A DNA stretch of 64,000 nt, taken from assembly GCA_965637545.1 (NCBI GenBank), contig OZ281496.1:12028001-12092000 (forward strand), in the 5' to 3' direction. Below, piece after piece: positions 1-12,366 of this stretch. The notes beneath the pieces were generated by a model that worked only from the letters and a program-made list of their open reading frames with translations, did not search any database and was not told where the DNA came from. Position 1 is the stretch's first letter, and each line of letters opens with the position of its first letter. A program made the position numbers and the translations under genes. Source of the DNA: Phallusia mammillata. Its lineage: Eukaryota.

Positions 1-990
1 CGCAGACAAAGGTAACTGTACTGTCATCATGAACTGCCCAGACTACAAGAAAATGTCAGACTTATTACTGGATACTTTGACTTACAAGCGTTTAAAGCGT
101 GATCCAACACGTAAGTCGGAACGCATCCTCAATAAGTTTGTGGGGAAATTACACACAGAGACAGGATGCATTTCTGAAGCCACATTCCATCAACTGCATA
201 GCACGGACGGCTCCGCTCCGCGCATCTACTATGGCTTACCAAAAATCCACAAGGAAGGCATCCCTCTCCGACCAATTGTTTCGTTTGTTGGTACTCCAAC
301 CTACAACCTTGCGAAGTACCTAGGGAAAGTTATTTCTCCGCTCGTGGGCAATACAGAATGGACTGTTTCGAACTCGTCCAAGTTTGTTCAAAAGAGGGCA
401 GGAACTTGGCCGAATGGCCTGGCGCGCCTGACCCATATACAGACATAAAAAACCTGATCGGGATTCGTCCTCGGGAGGTTCCTGGGTTCGAACCCCGTGA
501 AGAAAAAAAAAAAAAAAGTTTGTTCAAAAGATAGCACAGTTGCAGCCCCAGTCCAACGAAGAGGTAATGGTGTCGTATGACGTCGTGTCACTTTTTACAA
601 GTGTGCCAGTGGACCTGGCGATGGACATTGCGTCATCCAAGATTTTAAACGACTATAGCCTTAAAGACAGAACAACATGGTCCCGTTGGATATTGTGGAC
701 GGTTTGCGGATTTGCTTGGAGCAATCCTATTTAACATTCAGGGGAAGCTTTTACCAAAAGGTTCAAGGCACAGCGATGGGTTCCCCAGTCTCTGTGGTTG
801 TCGCAAACATGACAATGGAAGCGCTTGAGGAAAAAGCCTTATCAAGATTCTGGCGGCGATGTGTTGACGACATTTTTTTGTGTCATTGCTAAGAACCAGG
901 TTGAGGCATTTTTACGGCATCTCAACGAGGCGCAACCAGGCATTCGGTTTACCATGGAACTAAACTGTCTTACATTTTAGATGTTCAAGT
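1..990 (+). pseudogene. Penelope-like element reverse transcriptase, degenerate and interrupted by a SINE
   Basis: Translations give ADKGNCTV, YGLPKIHKEGIPLRPIVS, VSYDVVSLFTSVP, QVQGTAMGSPVS, WRRCVDDIF and LTFLDV, the PLE RT motif series. Removing 396-532 restores the frame (KFVQK|IAQLQPQSNEEVMVSYDV). Confidence 0.9.
396..516 (+). mobile_element. Short tRNA-derived SINE with poly(A) tail, copy 1
   Basis: A-box TGGCCGAATGG, B-box GGTTCGAACCC and an A-rich tail. Flanked by a 16-bp TSD AAGTTTGTTCAAAAGA (380-395 and 517-532). A near-identical copy lies at 29683-29805. Confidence 0.9.
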
Positions 991-1399
991 CGATAGTTTT
1001 CTCTCAAATTAGTTGCCTGGATAACTTAATATTAGTCCTAAGTGTACTAATAGCATGAATATGTACTTTGTGTGTGTGCTCTTTCTTCCGGCGCATGAAA
1101 CTATCCGGCAGGGTTTCTTTCGGTGGTTTCTTTTCCTGTCGAACCCCACCCTCTTTCCCTAACACGGGTGGTTAGTTTATAGGGCCCCCTCGACTGGTTC
1201 CACCAACGTCCCACCCCCAGTCGAGTTTACCCACAATGCGCCAACCTCACTTTCTTGTAAGCATTTTTTCACTTTGTATTTTCAATCAGTTTTTTTTTAA
1301 GGTATGGGTGACCGCTAAGTAGGTTTAAGAGACTGCCAAGTGTTTCCTTTAAATACACACAAAAAATAGCCATATTTGCTTAAACGAATTATTTATTAG

Positions 1400-2040
1400 G
1401 CTACTGGCAGTGCACAATCACAGAACAAATTTTTCAGATTCTATCTGATGCAACAAAACAGATTCGCAATCCCGTTCCCATCCGCCAGCTTCCATTTCTT
1501 CGTAGTTCGCAGATTCCAACGCCTTCAATGCTCGCACTGTCCCTGTTCGTCGGTCGTTTGTTTTTTGGCCACTTTTTTAATTTCTGTGAGAGGGAAGTTC
1601 GGCGGCTTATTGCAATCGCGACATGTTTACCCACATCAAGACTGTAGTCAGCAGCGACCTCTTTCCAGAGTCGGAATAGGTTGTAGCAGTTGCCCCGCGA
1701 GCGTCTATCTGACGGATATCCAAAAATGCAGTTGCCTGGCGTCTCTTTTTATTGACGTACTGAACAAATGTAATATATTGCAGCAAAGTAGCAATATCGG
1801 TTGTCTCGTCGACCATGGTAGAGCCCAGCATAGGCTTTGCTTGACATCAGCAACGATGCGATCAGTCAGATGGTCGGAGATGAGCTAAATAAACTCCGTC
1901 ACTGCTGTTGAACTGGTCACGAAGCCGGTCATTGTGACCAATGCGGTCAACCAGTGTTAATATACGCGTAACGATCTCAGCAATTTGCACGGAACAATTT
2001 GTTCCAGCGACAGCATTTCTCCAATTATATGTTCAGTAAT
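1400..2040 (-). pseudogene. hAT transposase fragment (ZNF862/ZMYM-like branch)
   Basis: Minus-strand MVDETTDIATLLQYITFVQYV...FLDIRQIDARGATA matches the first catalytic Asp region of hAT transposases. The frame is broken. Confidence 0.6.
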
Positions 2041-2056
2041 TCTAAACCCCTTAGAT

Positions 2057-2602
2057 CAGGTGTGGCCAACACGTCGATCGCCTGCTTTTGACTGGTCGAT
2101 CGCCACTAAATTCTCCACAACTAATCAAACGCTTATTAATTGAAAAACAAATTAAATATTATAAAACAGCACTTCTGTCATTTTGAAACAACGCACACAT
2201 GTGTAATAAGACAATACCTAAGTAATTGTCACTTTCTTTGTTGCGTAACAATTGTTATTTTGGCACCAAATTATGTCGTAACAACTACAATGTTTGTCGT
2301 CACAACTTGAGTGTTTGCTTTAACGAAGCTGTTGCTATTGATTGGGGAGATTTAAAAGTTCCCACTGACTACTTTGATAAAAATTGTGTGCATATGGGAC
2401 GTTTTATTGTTGTAATAACTAGGTGATGCTTGCCAACAAAACTCATGACCATAAATATGTGGCAATTGTCAAGCAAATCGCATGAAAAAATTTGCGTTAT
2501 TGCTTTGTGTTAGTGTCAGCCTAAATTACGACTGATCAGTCGATCGCGTACAATTAAGAAAATTTTCGTCGATCTTAACGACTGGCAAGTTGGCCACCCC
2601 TG
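2057..2602. mobile_element. hAT MITE
   Basis: TIRs CAGGTGTGGCCAAC / GTTGGCCACCCCTG; 8-bp TSD CCTTAGAT / CCTTAGTT. Confidence 0.85.
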
Positions 2603-2879
2603 CCTTAGTTAAATAGTGGATTATTTTTTCAATACTAAATTCCAAATGTGAAGTTAAAATATTTTTATTGGTTTGTTACAGATTACCCCATTTTCATGCT
2701 TTGTTTTGGGTAAAAGATGCGTAATAAAAATACCAACAAAGATTTTTGGGACCTACAAAATTACTAACCAAAACGACGACCCATAGCTGCATGAAATTAT
2801 GACCAAATTGCAGACAGGCCGAAATACACATTTCAAATCATGTAAAAGGTGGAAAAAAATGTTGATTTATGACATTGAA

Positions 2880-3115
2880 AAATGATATTTTTAGGATACA
2901 ATTGCCCTTCTTCATAACTATGGTAACAAATCCAACCCTTCGTCTTTGTTTTGCCATGATTACCTAAAGCAATCGACCAAATATGATACTTACATCCCCG
3001 CGTGACCACCTATTATTGCTGGTCGCCCCTTTCCTCATCTCGGTATGGCCAATGCTTGATACTGTTTTATGTGCTACTTCTCTTTTAAAAGCGTGACAAA
3101 TAAACGATTGATTGC
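2880..3115 (+). repeat. Probable LINE 3' end fragment
   Basis: Ends in AATAAA followed by a short (GATT)n tail (AAATAAACGATTGATTG), as in CR1/L2-group 3' tails. No coding support. Confidence 0.35.
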
Positions 3116-3559
3116 AGAGTGTTGAGTTAATTGGATGCTAGGCTGTATTAGACAAGTAATTCGAAACAATAAGGAGTACTTGAAAGATGCATTTCATGAA
3201 ATATGACTAGATGGAAACAAAAATGCACCGTAAAATAAGCTTCATAGAACGGTTGTGTGTGTGTTCCAACTGGGGCAAACAGTGTCAGGTAAAGTTTGAC
3301 CTATTAAAAGCACTCCTCACCAACAACGTAAATCATTGGATGATGACGACCAAGTTTGATCAATGTTACATTGCATGTTATCACCTTAAACGTTTTGATA
3401 GATAGTTCGGTAGCGTCTAATTGCAACAGCAGTTACACAAAAACTCATCAATATACGATACTGAAATTTTGTGTATTTTCTGCCTATGAATGAATGAGAC
3501 TTCAAACCATCCGATTCGAAACTTGTTTTCACGTGTCACTGAAAGTGTAGGTTTGGTGC

Positions 3560-5690
3560 TTGTCAGTGAACATTTCGAATTGATTAAAAAGACCTAGACA
3601 GAAAAGGAATTTTACGTTTCGAACAGCGGGTACATAAAACACCGTGGCTTGTCCCTTGAGTGGTTCTCGTCGCGCTGAATAGAAAAATCCATATTCTGAA
3701 AGCTATGAGAAACTGGCTGAGAATGTTTTTGAGTCAGGCAACAGAGATTTAGCCCTAAATGAGACTGTTTCAAAGAAAGCAGCACACCAATAACCGAGGA
3801 GGCGTTGCAAAAAAAGTTTGATGGACAAAAAAAGGCACAAAAGCCCCCAGGTTTGTTATAAAATGATCGGACGAGCCGCGTTCTGTTATACTTTGGTCAG
3901 ACGTTGCGAACTTTTCCCAGTTTCTTGGAACAGGAAGTTACAGGCGTTGTCAGTAAAAAGCGTTGATACGCATACAATCTTCGTACGCCATTCGCACAAG
4001 GGTAGAGCACCGATTGCTGTAGGAACGTACATCGCCAATTCTCACAACAAAACATTAATTCAACAAACAAAAAAGAGGCAAACAAAATTTGCGAAAAAAC
4101 GCGCCCAGACTTTTAATTTGCGACGGTAGTGTTCCCCTGATTCAATCTGTTTTGAATGTTTTGAGGAAAGTCTGGAAACCTATTTGACTCATGTTGTAAC
4201 AGGTAAGGCAACCGCAGAAATGCTTCCACAGCCGTTTCTGCATTTGTGTTGCAGGCACACAATCAAGAACATGAAATACTTGTTTAGTCAAAACACGTCG
4301 ACAGGAAGTCATGTATATAATGGGCCTACTTACTTGTGCAGACTCCATGGAGGAAAAAGAAAAAATTGTGTTACATATGACAACTTTGTTTTCAACGCGA
4401 GACCCGCTTCACGCAGAGTAGCTGGAAGATTTTGCAGCAGAAAGTTAGCCGCAATAGTCGTCGACGATGTCCTGATTGGCAAAACTTTAGCTGTTACGTC
4501 CGACGCATCATTTGATAACTTACAAAAAATAGTCACAGACAACATACAGCCAGACGGTACCAACGATTTTTTGTCCAGAACTTTGGGAAAAATTTATTAA
4601 ATACAATCTTCCGAAAATTTGGTTACGGTCAGGTTCTCGGGGATCTCGAGCACACGGGGACACACTTGCTTACAAAAATTATTCCCACATGTTTGTGAAG
4701 GTGCAAAACTTACGAAAGACAATATAGAACGCAAGGTATAAAGGAAAAGATTCAGCAAGAGTTCAGGTGCCAGGGAAGAAGGTTCAAGAGCCTGCATCAG
4801 TTTGCACAGCTTTATGCAGATACGCATCTTGGACTTGTTCGGAAGTATAGTTGTACGAGTAAAAGAAAACAGATTTCACACAAAAAGCATGATAGTTGTG
4901 TACCCGTCGCATGTCGAAAGATTGTTTGGCGAGACGCTGCTGTGCTGACACGTCTATACCAGAATTTTTAATGAATTCTCAAGATTATTCGGATTTGCTG
5001 CAAGCAGATGGATGGTTAGGTGATTCGCACATCGAATCGGCAACGCACAAGTTGGCAGAGCAGTTTCCAAATGTTATGGGTTTACAGAGTTGTTTGGCTT
5101 TCTTCAAGTATGCGGATAATAACAACCCGGTTACAAGCCCACAAAAAAAATTCCAAATCGTTAATGTACACGGAAATCACTGGGTAACTGTATCTAATAT
5201 TTTTTCACCAAACAAACGATTGTTGTTTATGGCAGCGCCCCTAAAGCACACAGCTCCAACACGATCAGTTCATTTGATCCAAACTTGTTTCATGTGAACA
5301 TAAACAGCTAAATTGTATTTTTCCTTGTGTTACCAAACAATCAAATAATTATGGAAATTGTGGTCCTTTTTCAATGTTTGCAGTCGCTGTGTGTTTGGGT
5401 TTTCCTCCAGAAAACGTGCAAGTCGGCGAAAAAAGTTTGCGAAAAGTGGTGTGTCATGGTGGGTTCAAAAGACAACAGTACATCAGAAAGACTAAATTAA
5501 AAGAAAAAGTATGTCAAAGTGCCACAGTGAGAGTTTTCAGATTACTGTATACTGTATTTGTCGTTCAGCTTGCAACGACGAAGACTGGTATCATCCAGGT
5601 TGTGTCGAGGGACGGATTCCTAAAAATCTGGCTAAGAAAACCGATTTTTGGTTGTGTGATTATTGCAAAGAAACGCATTAAAATGCTTTA
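3560..5690 (+). pseudogene. Degenerate MULE/NOF-like DDE transposase with Ulp1-like protease and PHD-like finger
   Basis: Frameshifted segments PRLLICDGSVPLIQSVLNV and FLHLCCRHTIKN (CxxH motif). Ulp1-like WLGDSHIESA...QFPNVMGLQ...QIVNVHGNHWVTVSN...QSNNYGNCGPF. C-terminal CICRSACNDEDWYHPGCV...WLCDYC. Confidence 0.6.
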
Positions 5691-7948
5691 ATAAATTTGC
5701 TGTTCATTTTACATTATAATTTTCAATTGAACCTGCAAACACAAAATAGTATTTTCGAACCACATTCGGATAATTAACATATTGACTCACAATAGTCTGC
5801 CCTTCCCGTTTTGAATCAGTCATTTTCCAGAAACCTGGAGGTAATCATTGATCCCGACAAGAGTCGATGGAGGAAAACTGACAGACTAAGATTGTTTGAT
5901 CTTGTGTTTTCTGCTATACGCAAATCGCTTAAAGCTCAGTGATGGCCCATTTTAAAGACATGGTATACTGTTATTAATATTTCGACATGACTGCGATCGG
6001 AAAGGATTATTATAAAACCCAAAAAGAAAGACCCAAAGTTTACCCATCGTTTTTTGCCAATCCAATAAAACCTGTTACGTCAGCACCGTGACAAATTACT
6101 TAAGTATAGGATGAAATACCACAAGACCGACAAGTTTCACTTTTGCTCTTATTTTTTCTCAGATGTACCTTTTAGTATCATACCAGTTAGCTAAATAAGT
6201 TGGTCAGATACAAAAGATGAAAAACGTGCCGTAGGATTCGGTCTTTTCAGATCAGCCAGGTCCAAAGGCAGTGTCATCACGTTTTCCGCAGCGAACCACC
6301 ATCTATATCGACCTGACGAAAGCAGATGTTACGCTTCCATCGTCGTAAATGATTTTCCTCGGGAACCCCAGCTCTGTCTACCGGATTCCAACAGGAAACG
6401 TTCCGAACAACCCCACTGCTGTTTACGTTAGGCGAGTTTCATTTACCGCGGGTTTAACGAGCGTCTTCCATCGGGACGTATTCTACGGCAAAATATACTC
6501 AAAATTCACGAAGGGAAACATGTTTATTTTGATTGTTGAATAATAATTTTAAGTTTGCCAGTGGTATTGATCTCGAACTCACTAAGTGACTACTACACAT
6601 TGCCGTACAAATGGTCGAGTTTGACGTTAAATTAATTTGGAAACTAGAATAGTTGAAAAACTTAACCCAACTTCAAAAATTTTGTTCGTATTCTTTCTGC
6701 ATCCTTATTGTCATACAATTACAAAAAAACAGTAAATAAGAACAGGAAAAATACTCCCAATTTAATCTCCTGCTTGTACCTTGATGTTGTCGTTCAACGT
6801 CAGTTTTTAAACACAATTTTCCAAAACTTAAAATGTGCTTGATAATTTGATAAACCGACATAGCATAGCTGCGCAAAAACAGCTGATTTTAATCACCAAC
6901 ACCACTGCCTCGCGAAACGTCCGTCCGGTCGTCAAGCTGAGCACTCCCACTGAATTCACACGACTTAATCGTAACAAGTGAATTACTCCCTTGAGAGTTG
7001 AGACTTCTATCTGACTGACAGTGTACACATATTATAGGCTGTAAAAGTAACTATTTGGCCGATTAAGGCAAATTTTTAAATACTAAACGAATGACCTACT
7101 GCATACAATTGTTTAACATTTCAGCACATTAGGGCTTGTATTTCTGGCCTAAAACTTATTATTTTTTTGGGGTTTAAGGGGTGAAAATGGGTGCATCCAA
7201 TAAAAAGGGGGGGGGGGGTAAAGTTGTGTGTAAATTCAAAATGCACATTCACCATTTCTGCGTAAATTTGAAAAAGTTTGAACCATTCTTTCTTGACCAA
7301 AACGTGGGAACAAATCCACGTTAGACGAAAAAAATACAGACAAAAAGGGGACTCATAAAAACGAGTCTCGACCACGGACTCATCATTAGCATGACGACGG
7401 GACGAATAGGGGAAAGGTGAAATTAAAAAGAATAAATATTGAAACGAAGTTTTGTCCAAAAATTTACCTGGATTTGACATCATTGGAAAAGAAATAACAT
7501 TGACAAATGAAACTGTTGCCATTGTTTCAGATAACAGTTTCACCGCAGTAGCAAGTATTTTTCCTACTCAAACTGCTCTCCACGAGTTTACTAAAAACAT
7601 TAACTCGTTGCATTCGAACTTCCGTCCACTTCCTTGACGTCACAGTGGGAAAATCAACAGAAAGTCAACCAACACTTGCCTTAACACCAAATAGGAGACG
7701 ATTTTACACTCTGCGTTTTGCCACAGGGACAATTGTTTCGATAGCCAAAATATCGTTCACTGCAGTTTAGTTTTAGCTAAGCATCATGATCAAACGGCAA
7801 TTGTTGCACAGTTAAAGAAAAGAAAGCGGAATGCATAAGCAAAACATAATTTGCAAATTTTACTCTTACATTAACATTTCAGATGATTACTTCCGGTCAA
7901 CGTGAAGGGCATATTTTATTCTTAGATGTTGAATCTGTCTTGTACGTA

Positions 7949-8997
7949 TGTCTCGTCGAAAATCGACATACGCTACAGTTGCAAGTTTTATTGTTGGGGT
8001 GTTATTATCAAGCGTAATCGCGTTGAAATAAATAGAAACTATGCGTGCAAGTTTATCATCATCTTGATGTGGCAACCCAAGAGCCTGCTCACCGGGTATA
8101 AAACCGACCGACCCTGTGGAAGCTGAAAATTACGTGCATTGCATTGCAAGCTGTTTTCCCTAAATTTAATCATCGATGTTGCAAGTGATCGGCTCTGTTC
8201 TGGAAACCTATTTTTAACAGCTTAATTTTAATCTTGCATTGTAAATCTAGTAAAGACTAAGGCAGCACGACAGTGTGTCTCAAAACCCAACAGGCCGACA
8301 GATTGAATTTAATCGTCGACTGTTATTGCAAGCCGACTGCGAAACTGGACGCGTCAACTTACCAATTGCTCTGGAAAGTGGGGTGATGCTGGTGGCTTTT
8401 CATTGTTTGAAGACGGTACTGGTGCAAGGTGGTTTAGATGATATTTTGGGTAATTCGCCCATAGAAAACCAAGTGCAAAAGTTTTTCTTTTCTTTACAGT
8501 ACAAGCAAGCAGTCCGGTGGATACGGAGATGGCACGATTGGTAGGTGTAGAATATCACAGATCGAAATTGCATCATATCAAAGGTAGTTGTCCTGTTCTG
8601 ATTGCATTTGGTGTTTTATATGCAATTGTTCTTTTTAAGCGACACCGAAATAACACCAAACAAGGTAGCCAGCCATCTTATGAGAGCTGTATCCCAGGGG
8701 AGGGTGACAAGGAACACGGTGATGCTGACCTCGAACTGCAAACTAACAACTGAAAATCAACAGAACAAAGACGAACAACACGAGTAGAATATTCGTGTGT
8801 CGGAAAGTGCAGAACCAAACTTGTGTCTGATTTCTTGACGACTTTGATGCTATTAATCGACTGGTATTTGCGATGCTGCTACCCTCAACGTCGATCAACC
8901 ATCAGCCGGTTCTAGACGGTAAGTTCATTTCCCCACATTGACCGTTTTTTACTGATTTTGTTTTGTTCTTTACCATAGTAAATCGGTTTTTGCATAG
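7949..8997 (+). pseudogene. Diverged relic of the Maverick polB promoter and N-terminal exons (paralog of 54629-56946)
   Basis: Colinear nucleotide similarity including CCGGGTATAAAA, the exon CSG(K/E)WG(D/E)A.G..LFEDG, the SY(E/D)SC.PGEGDK exon, the TTCTAGACG|GTAAGT donor and the final acceptor. Several internal deletions. Confidence 0.85.
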
Positions 8998-9440
8998 GTG
9001 TTGTTCGGCGTAGCGGTTGGCGTCCAACCTGCCAATACTCTCCGCAAGCTACTGAGTCACCCGAAAGATCCTATCAATATCTACCCTTGAACAACGAGGT
9101 GTTGTACATTCCATTCCCTGCGCCGAGTGTCCGTTAATATATATCGAGGAGACTGGAAGGTACCGTTTTGGGTCGCCACTATCAGGAGAAGACCGGTCGC
9201 TTGTTTCATCACTTAATTGGTATCTAAAACGAGCATTTAGAATCATCACAAAGGGTCTACGAATACCCCAGCGTACACGTGCATGTGCGCACACAAGATC
9301 GCCTCGACCAAAATCTGAAATTGTGGGAAATTTGTGGCAGGAAAATGGTTCCGTTCCTTGTCCATATAAATTTGAATCCATTTTGCCTTTTGAATTAAGT
9401 GTAAATCGACCATACAAGTTATTTCAAACCTGTCCTGTCT
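8998..9440 (+). pseudogene. Penelope-like element C-terminal GIY-YIG endonuclease fragment
   Basis: VQPANTLRKLLSHPKD...(frameshift) EQRGVVHSIPCAECPLIYIEETGR, the typical PLE linker plus GIY-YIG N-terminus. Confidence 0.8.
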
Positions 9441-9477
9441 TGTGCGCAAATGATTGGCTCGCAATTTTCGTGTTATC

Positions 9478-11431
9478 ATGCTTAATGAGATTTCTGCTGT
9501 TTCAGCTCCGAGGCTAGTCTTGAAATACGGGAAAGTGTTTTCGAAATTGCCAGGCGCATATCATTTTCCATGTCTAGCTTGTTGCGAGCCTTTGACTTTA
9601 TGTGGACAAGGGTAGAAAACACAAGTTCGCAACGGTAGGTTGAAGCAAATGTAACAAGTAGTCGTAACGCTGATGTTGATACCTTGGGAAAGGATTAAAG
9701 CATGCTGCACCAAAACTGAGTTAAAGATTTTTCCATGTAAATTGTCCGGCAAGCGGAGTCGTTTCTTAAATCCAAAAGCTCGTCTTGAATATCTTCTGGC
9801 ACAGTTGACACGTCAACCATCGCAGAAAATGGATTGCGCGGAAAAGCTTCATCCCTTTTCAAGCGATTGCAAATGTTTAATGATGTCTGATTTTAATTGT
9901 GCGCTGACACCAGCAGATTCAAATTCTGAAACTTTTTCAAACATTGCGAAGTTGTCGAGATTGACTTTTCGGTTCCAGTTCCATATCTTTTCCATGAGCC
10001 CACATAACACATCTTTACATTGCAGAATATTTGTATTCGTTTCTTGAAGTTTAAGGTTAAATTTGTTTAATTGTTCAAAAATGTCCACTAAATAAGCAAG
10101 TCCCTGTAGCCATATTTCATCACATAAGTAGTTGACAAAGTCATCTTTTTTTTCAATTTTTAAACAAGCGGGTAACCAAATTTCCTGTCGAAAGCCACCA
10201 TACTGCAGTATAGAATAAAACAGTTTCGTGGTCAGATTTCAAATCTTTGCACAGTTGTTTAAATAAACGAGAAGTGACACGTTTCTTTACGAAATTTACC
10301 ATTTTGATCACCGAATTTAGCACATCTTTCAAGTAAGCTGGAAGCGTTTTGTAAGCTAGTGCGTGTCAATGTGTCATGCAATGTACTCCTTTCACTTTGG
10401 GAGCTTTTTCTCTTACTTTCATTTGAAACCCCGATTTACATCCGAGCATAGCTGGAGCTCCGCCTGTACATACACCACACAACTTTTCCCACTGAAGCCC
10501 TTCCTTCACAAAAAAGCCGTTTATGCAGTTCATCACAGCTTTTGTGGTAGTTTTTAAAACTGCACAATACAAAAATTCCTCTTTTCGTCTTTCTCACGCA
10601 CATGTCGAACAAAAACCAAAAGCTGGGAGCATGATGCAACATCCGTTGAATCATCAAGTTTTAATTTCCTTCACAACCTGCCGTTTGACGACTGATGACG
10701 TAAGTAAAATGCGTCGACTAATTGTACGGTACAATTGGTACAACTTGTACCATTCGACAAAGAAACTTGTTAAATTTTTCTTGCGCTTGTTTAGCCTAAA
10801 ACTAACTTAACCAACTTCACAGCACAAGGTTTAACTTGTGTTTTCCCGATAGTGTGAGTTTTTTTGCTTGGCAATTTGTAATGCAACTTCAAAGGATGTC
10901 TCCAAGCTTGCAGTGTCTTGTTGGTTAAAATAACCACCAATTTTTGGCGTTTGAAACGTGCTCTTGTCGTTGAAAGAACGACAAGTCCTTAGCTGCATGT
11001 TCAGGATGTTTCTGCTGCAAGTGGCGTTTTAGTTTGGACGGCTTCATTGACTCATTACTAGTACAGTATGACACTAAACGCACTGCGGTTTATTATTGTC
11101 AACGCCTGACGCCGAGGTAAACGCAAGTTTTAGGTAACTGTCTATATACTTCCTCGATTTAGACATAGTTCATAGATAAAACGCTGCTTACGGCCATTAA
11201 CAGACAATAAAGAACAAATGCCGGTCATCATGCGTTAAGGGCTTGTATAAATATCTTTGTAACATTAACAATGGCGATACAAGTCACAATGGACTGTTGG
11301 TTGTCTTGTATAACAAGGCTGATTAACCTGCTTGTTGTAAAAAACGAAGATAATTGTCGGCAATCGAATTTTGTCGGATTCATAACGTGCAAATTCAGAA
11401 GTTGCCGCGGACCCCCGGTTGAGAACCACTT
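9478..11431 (-). mobile_element. Degenerate hAT (Buster/Charlie, ZBED5/FAM200-like) transposon
   Basis: Minus strand gives KYIDSYLKLAF...PQCV.C...NESMKPSKLKRHL, VCTGGAPAMLG, HCMTH, LAYLVDIFEQLNKFNLKLQ and KARNKLDMENDMRLA. One terminus-like sequence GGTTGAGAACCACT at about 11417-11430. Many stops and frameshifts. Confidence 0.85.
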
Positions 11432-12366
11432 GTGACCGCACACGACAACGCAATAGCAAACACGAATGCACTGACCTGGAACCGAAAGAAAAAAGGCAGC
11501 AGACATACAGTTCGTCGAGTACCACCGGTTGCCAGATTAAACACGCCCTTTGCTTGGTTAGAACGAAAACGAGATGATTTGTGGACACACAGTGTGCCTG
11601 TAAAACTAATCAGTCCACTGGGCAGGTTGATGTTTGTTTTTGGTCTGGTGAAAGATTTTTGTAAATCTTAGGGATCTATTACTCAGACCATAATGCGAAA
11701 GTGTAAAAAACACTGGCAACCTTTCGACTGTCAGACTCTGCCACACCACAACAGTAAAGGAGTGCAGTGACCTGTGACCCAAAGAAAAAAGGCAGTCCTA
11801 CAGCTAGTCGAGTGTCGGATTTTTACTGTGTAAATTGACAAGTGTTAATCAAAAAAGTGTATAAATTAGCTGAACGTTTGTACACATGCATAAGCATAAC
11901 ATCATTTGTGTTTATGAAATCCACTACATGGTGAAGCATTTTATAAGACAGTTGTAGCTTCTTTTATAACTGAAGAGCAACAATCTTACTCAACTTAACT
12001 CTATAAGAAAGTCGAAAAGTCAGATCAAGCATTTGCTCATAATCAGGTTCCTTGCACTGTCGTGAAACTATAATTCACGAGATTAAAATTGTGCTTGACG
12101 CTCTTTATGCTAGTTTAATTTAAATTTTGGAATATTGCGAACGTTGTTTCATGACGAATTAAATTTGCAAATATGTAGATCTAACCGTCATTTTCCATTT
12201 AGTTGTGTTTTAAAATGTACGCTTGTTTGTTCCGTTGTCAGCATGTGATTTAGCATTCATCAAATGTTATTCAATTGTTTTCGTTAGAAGCCGACATCCT
12301 GATTCAACTGACAAATTGGTTTGATAAGTAGGATAAGAACGACGGCAATTTGGACTCGAAGCAACC

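Noticed and set aside
6313-6340. CTGACGA followed by a hairpin, as a possible hammerhead
   Set aside because: No GAAA after helix II and no helix I or III.
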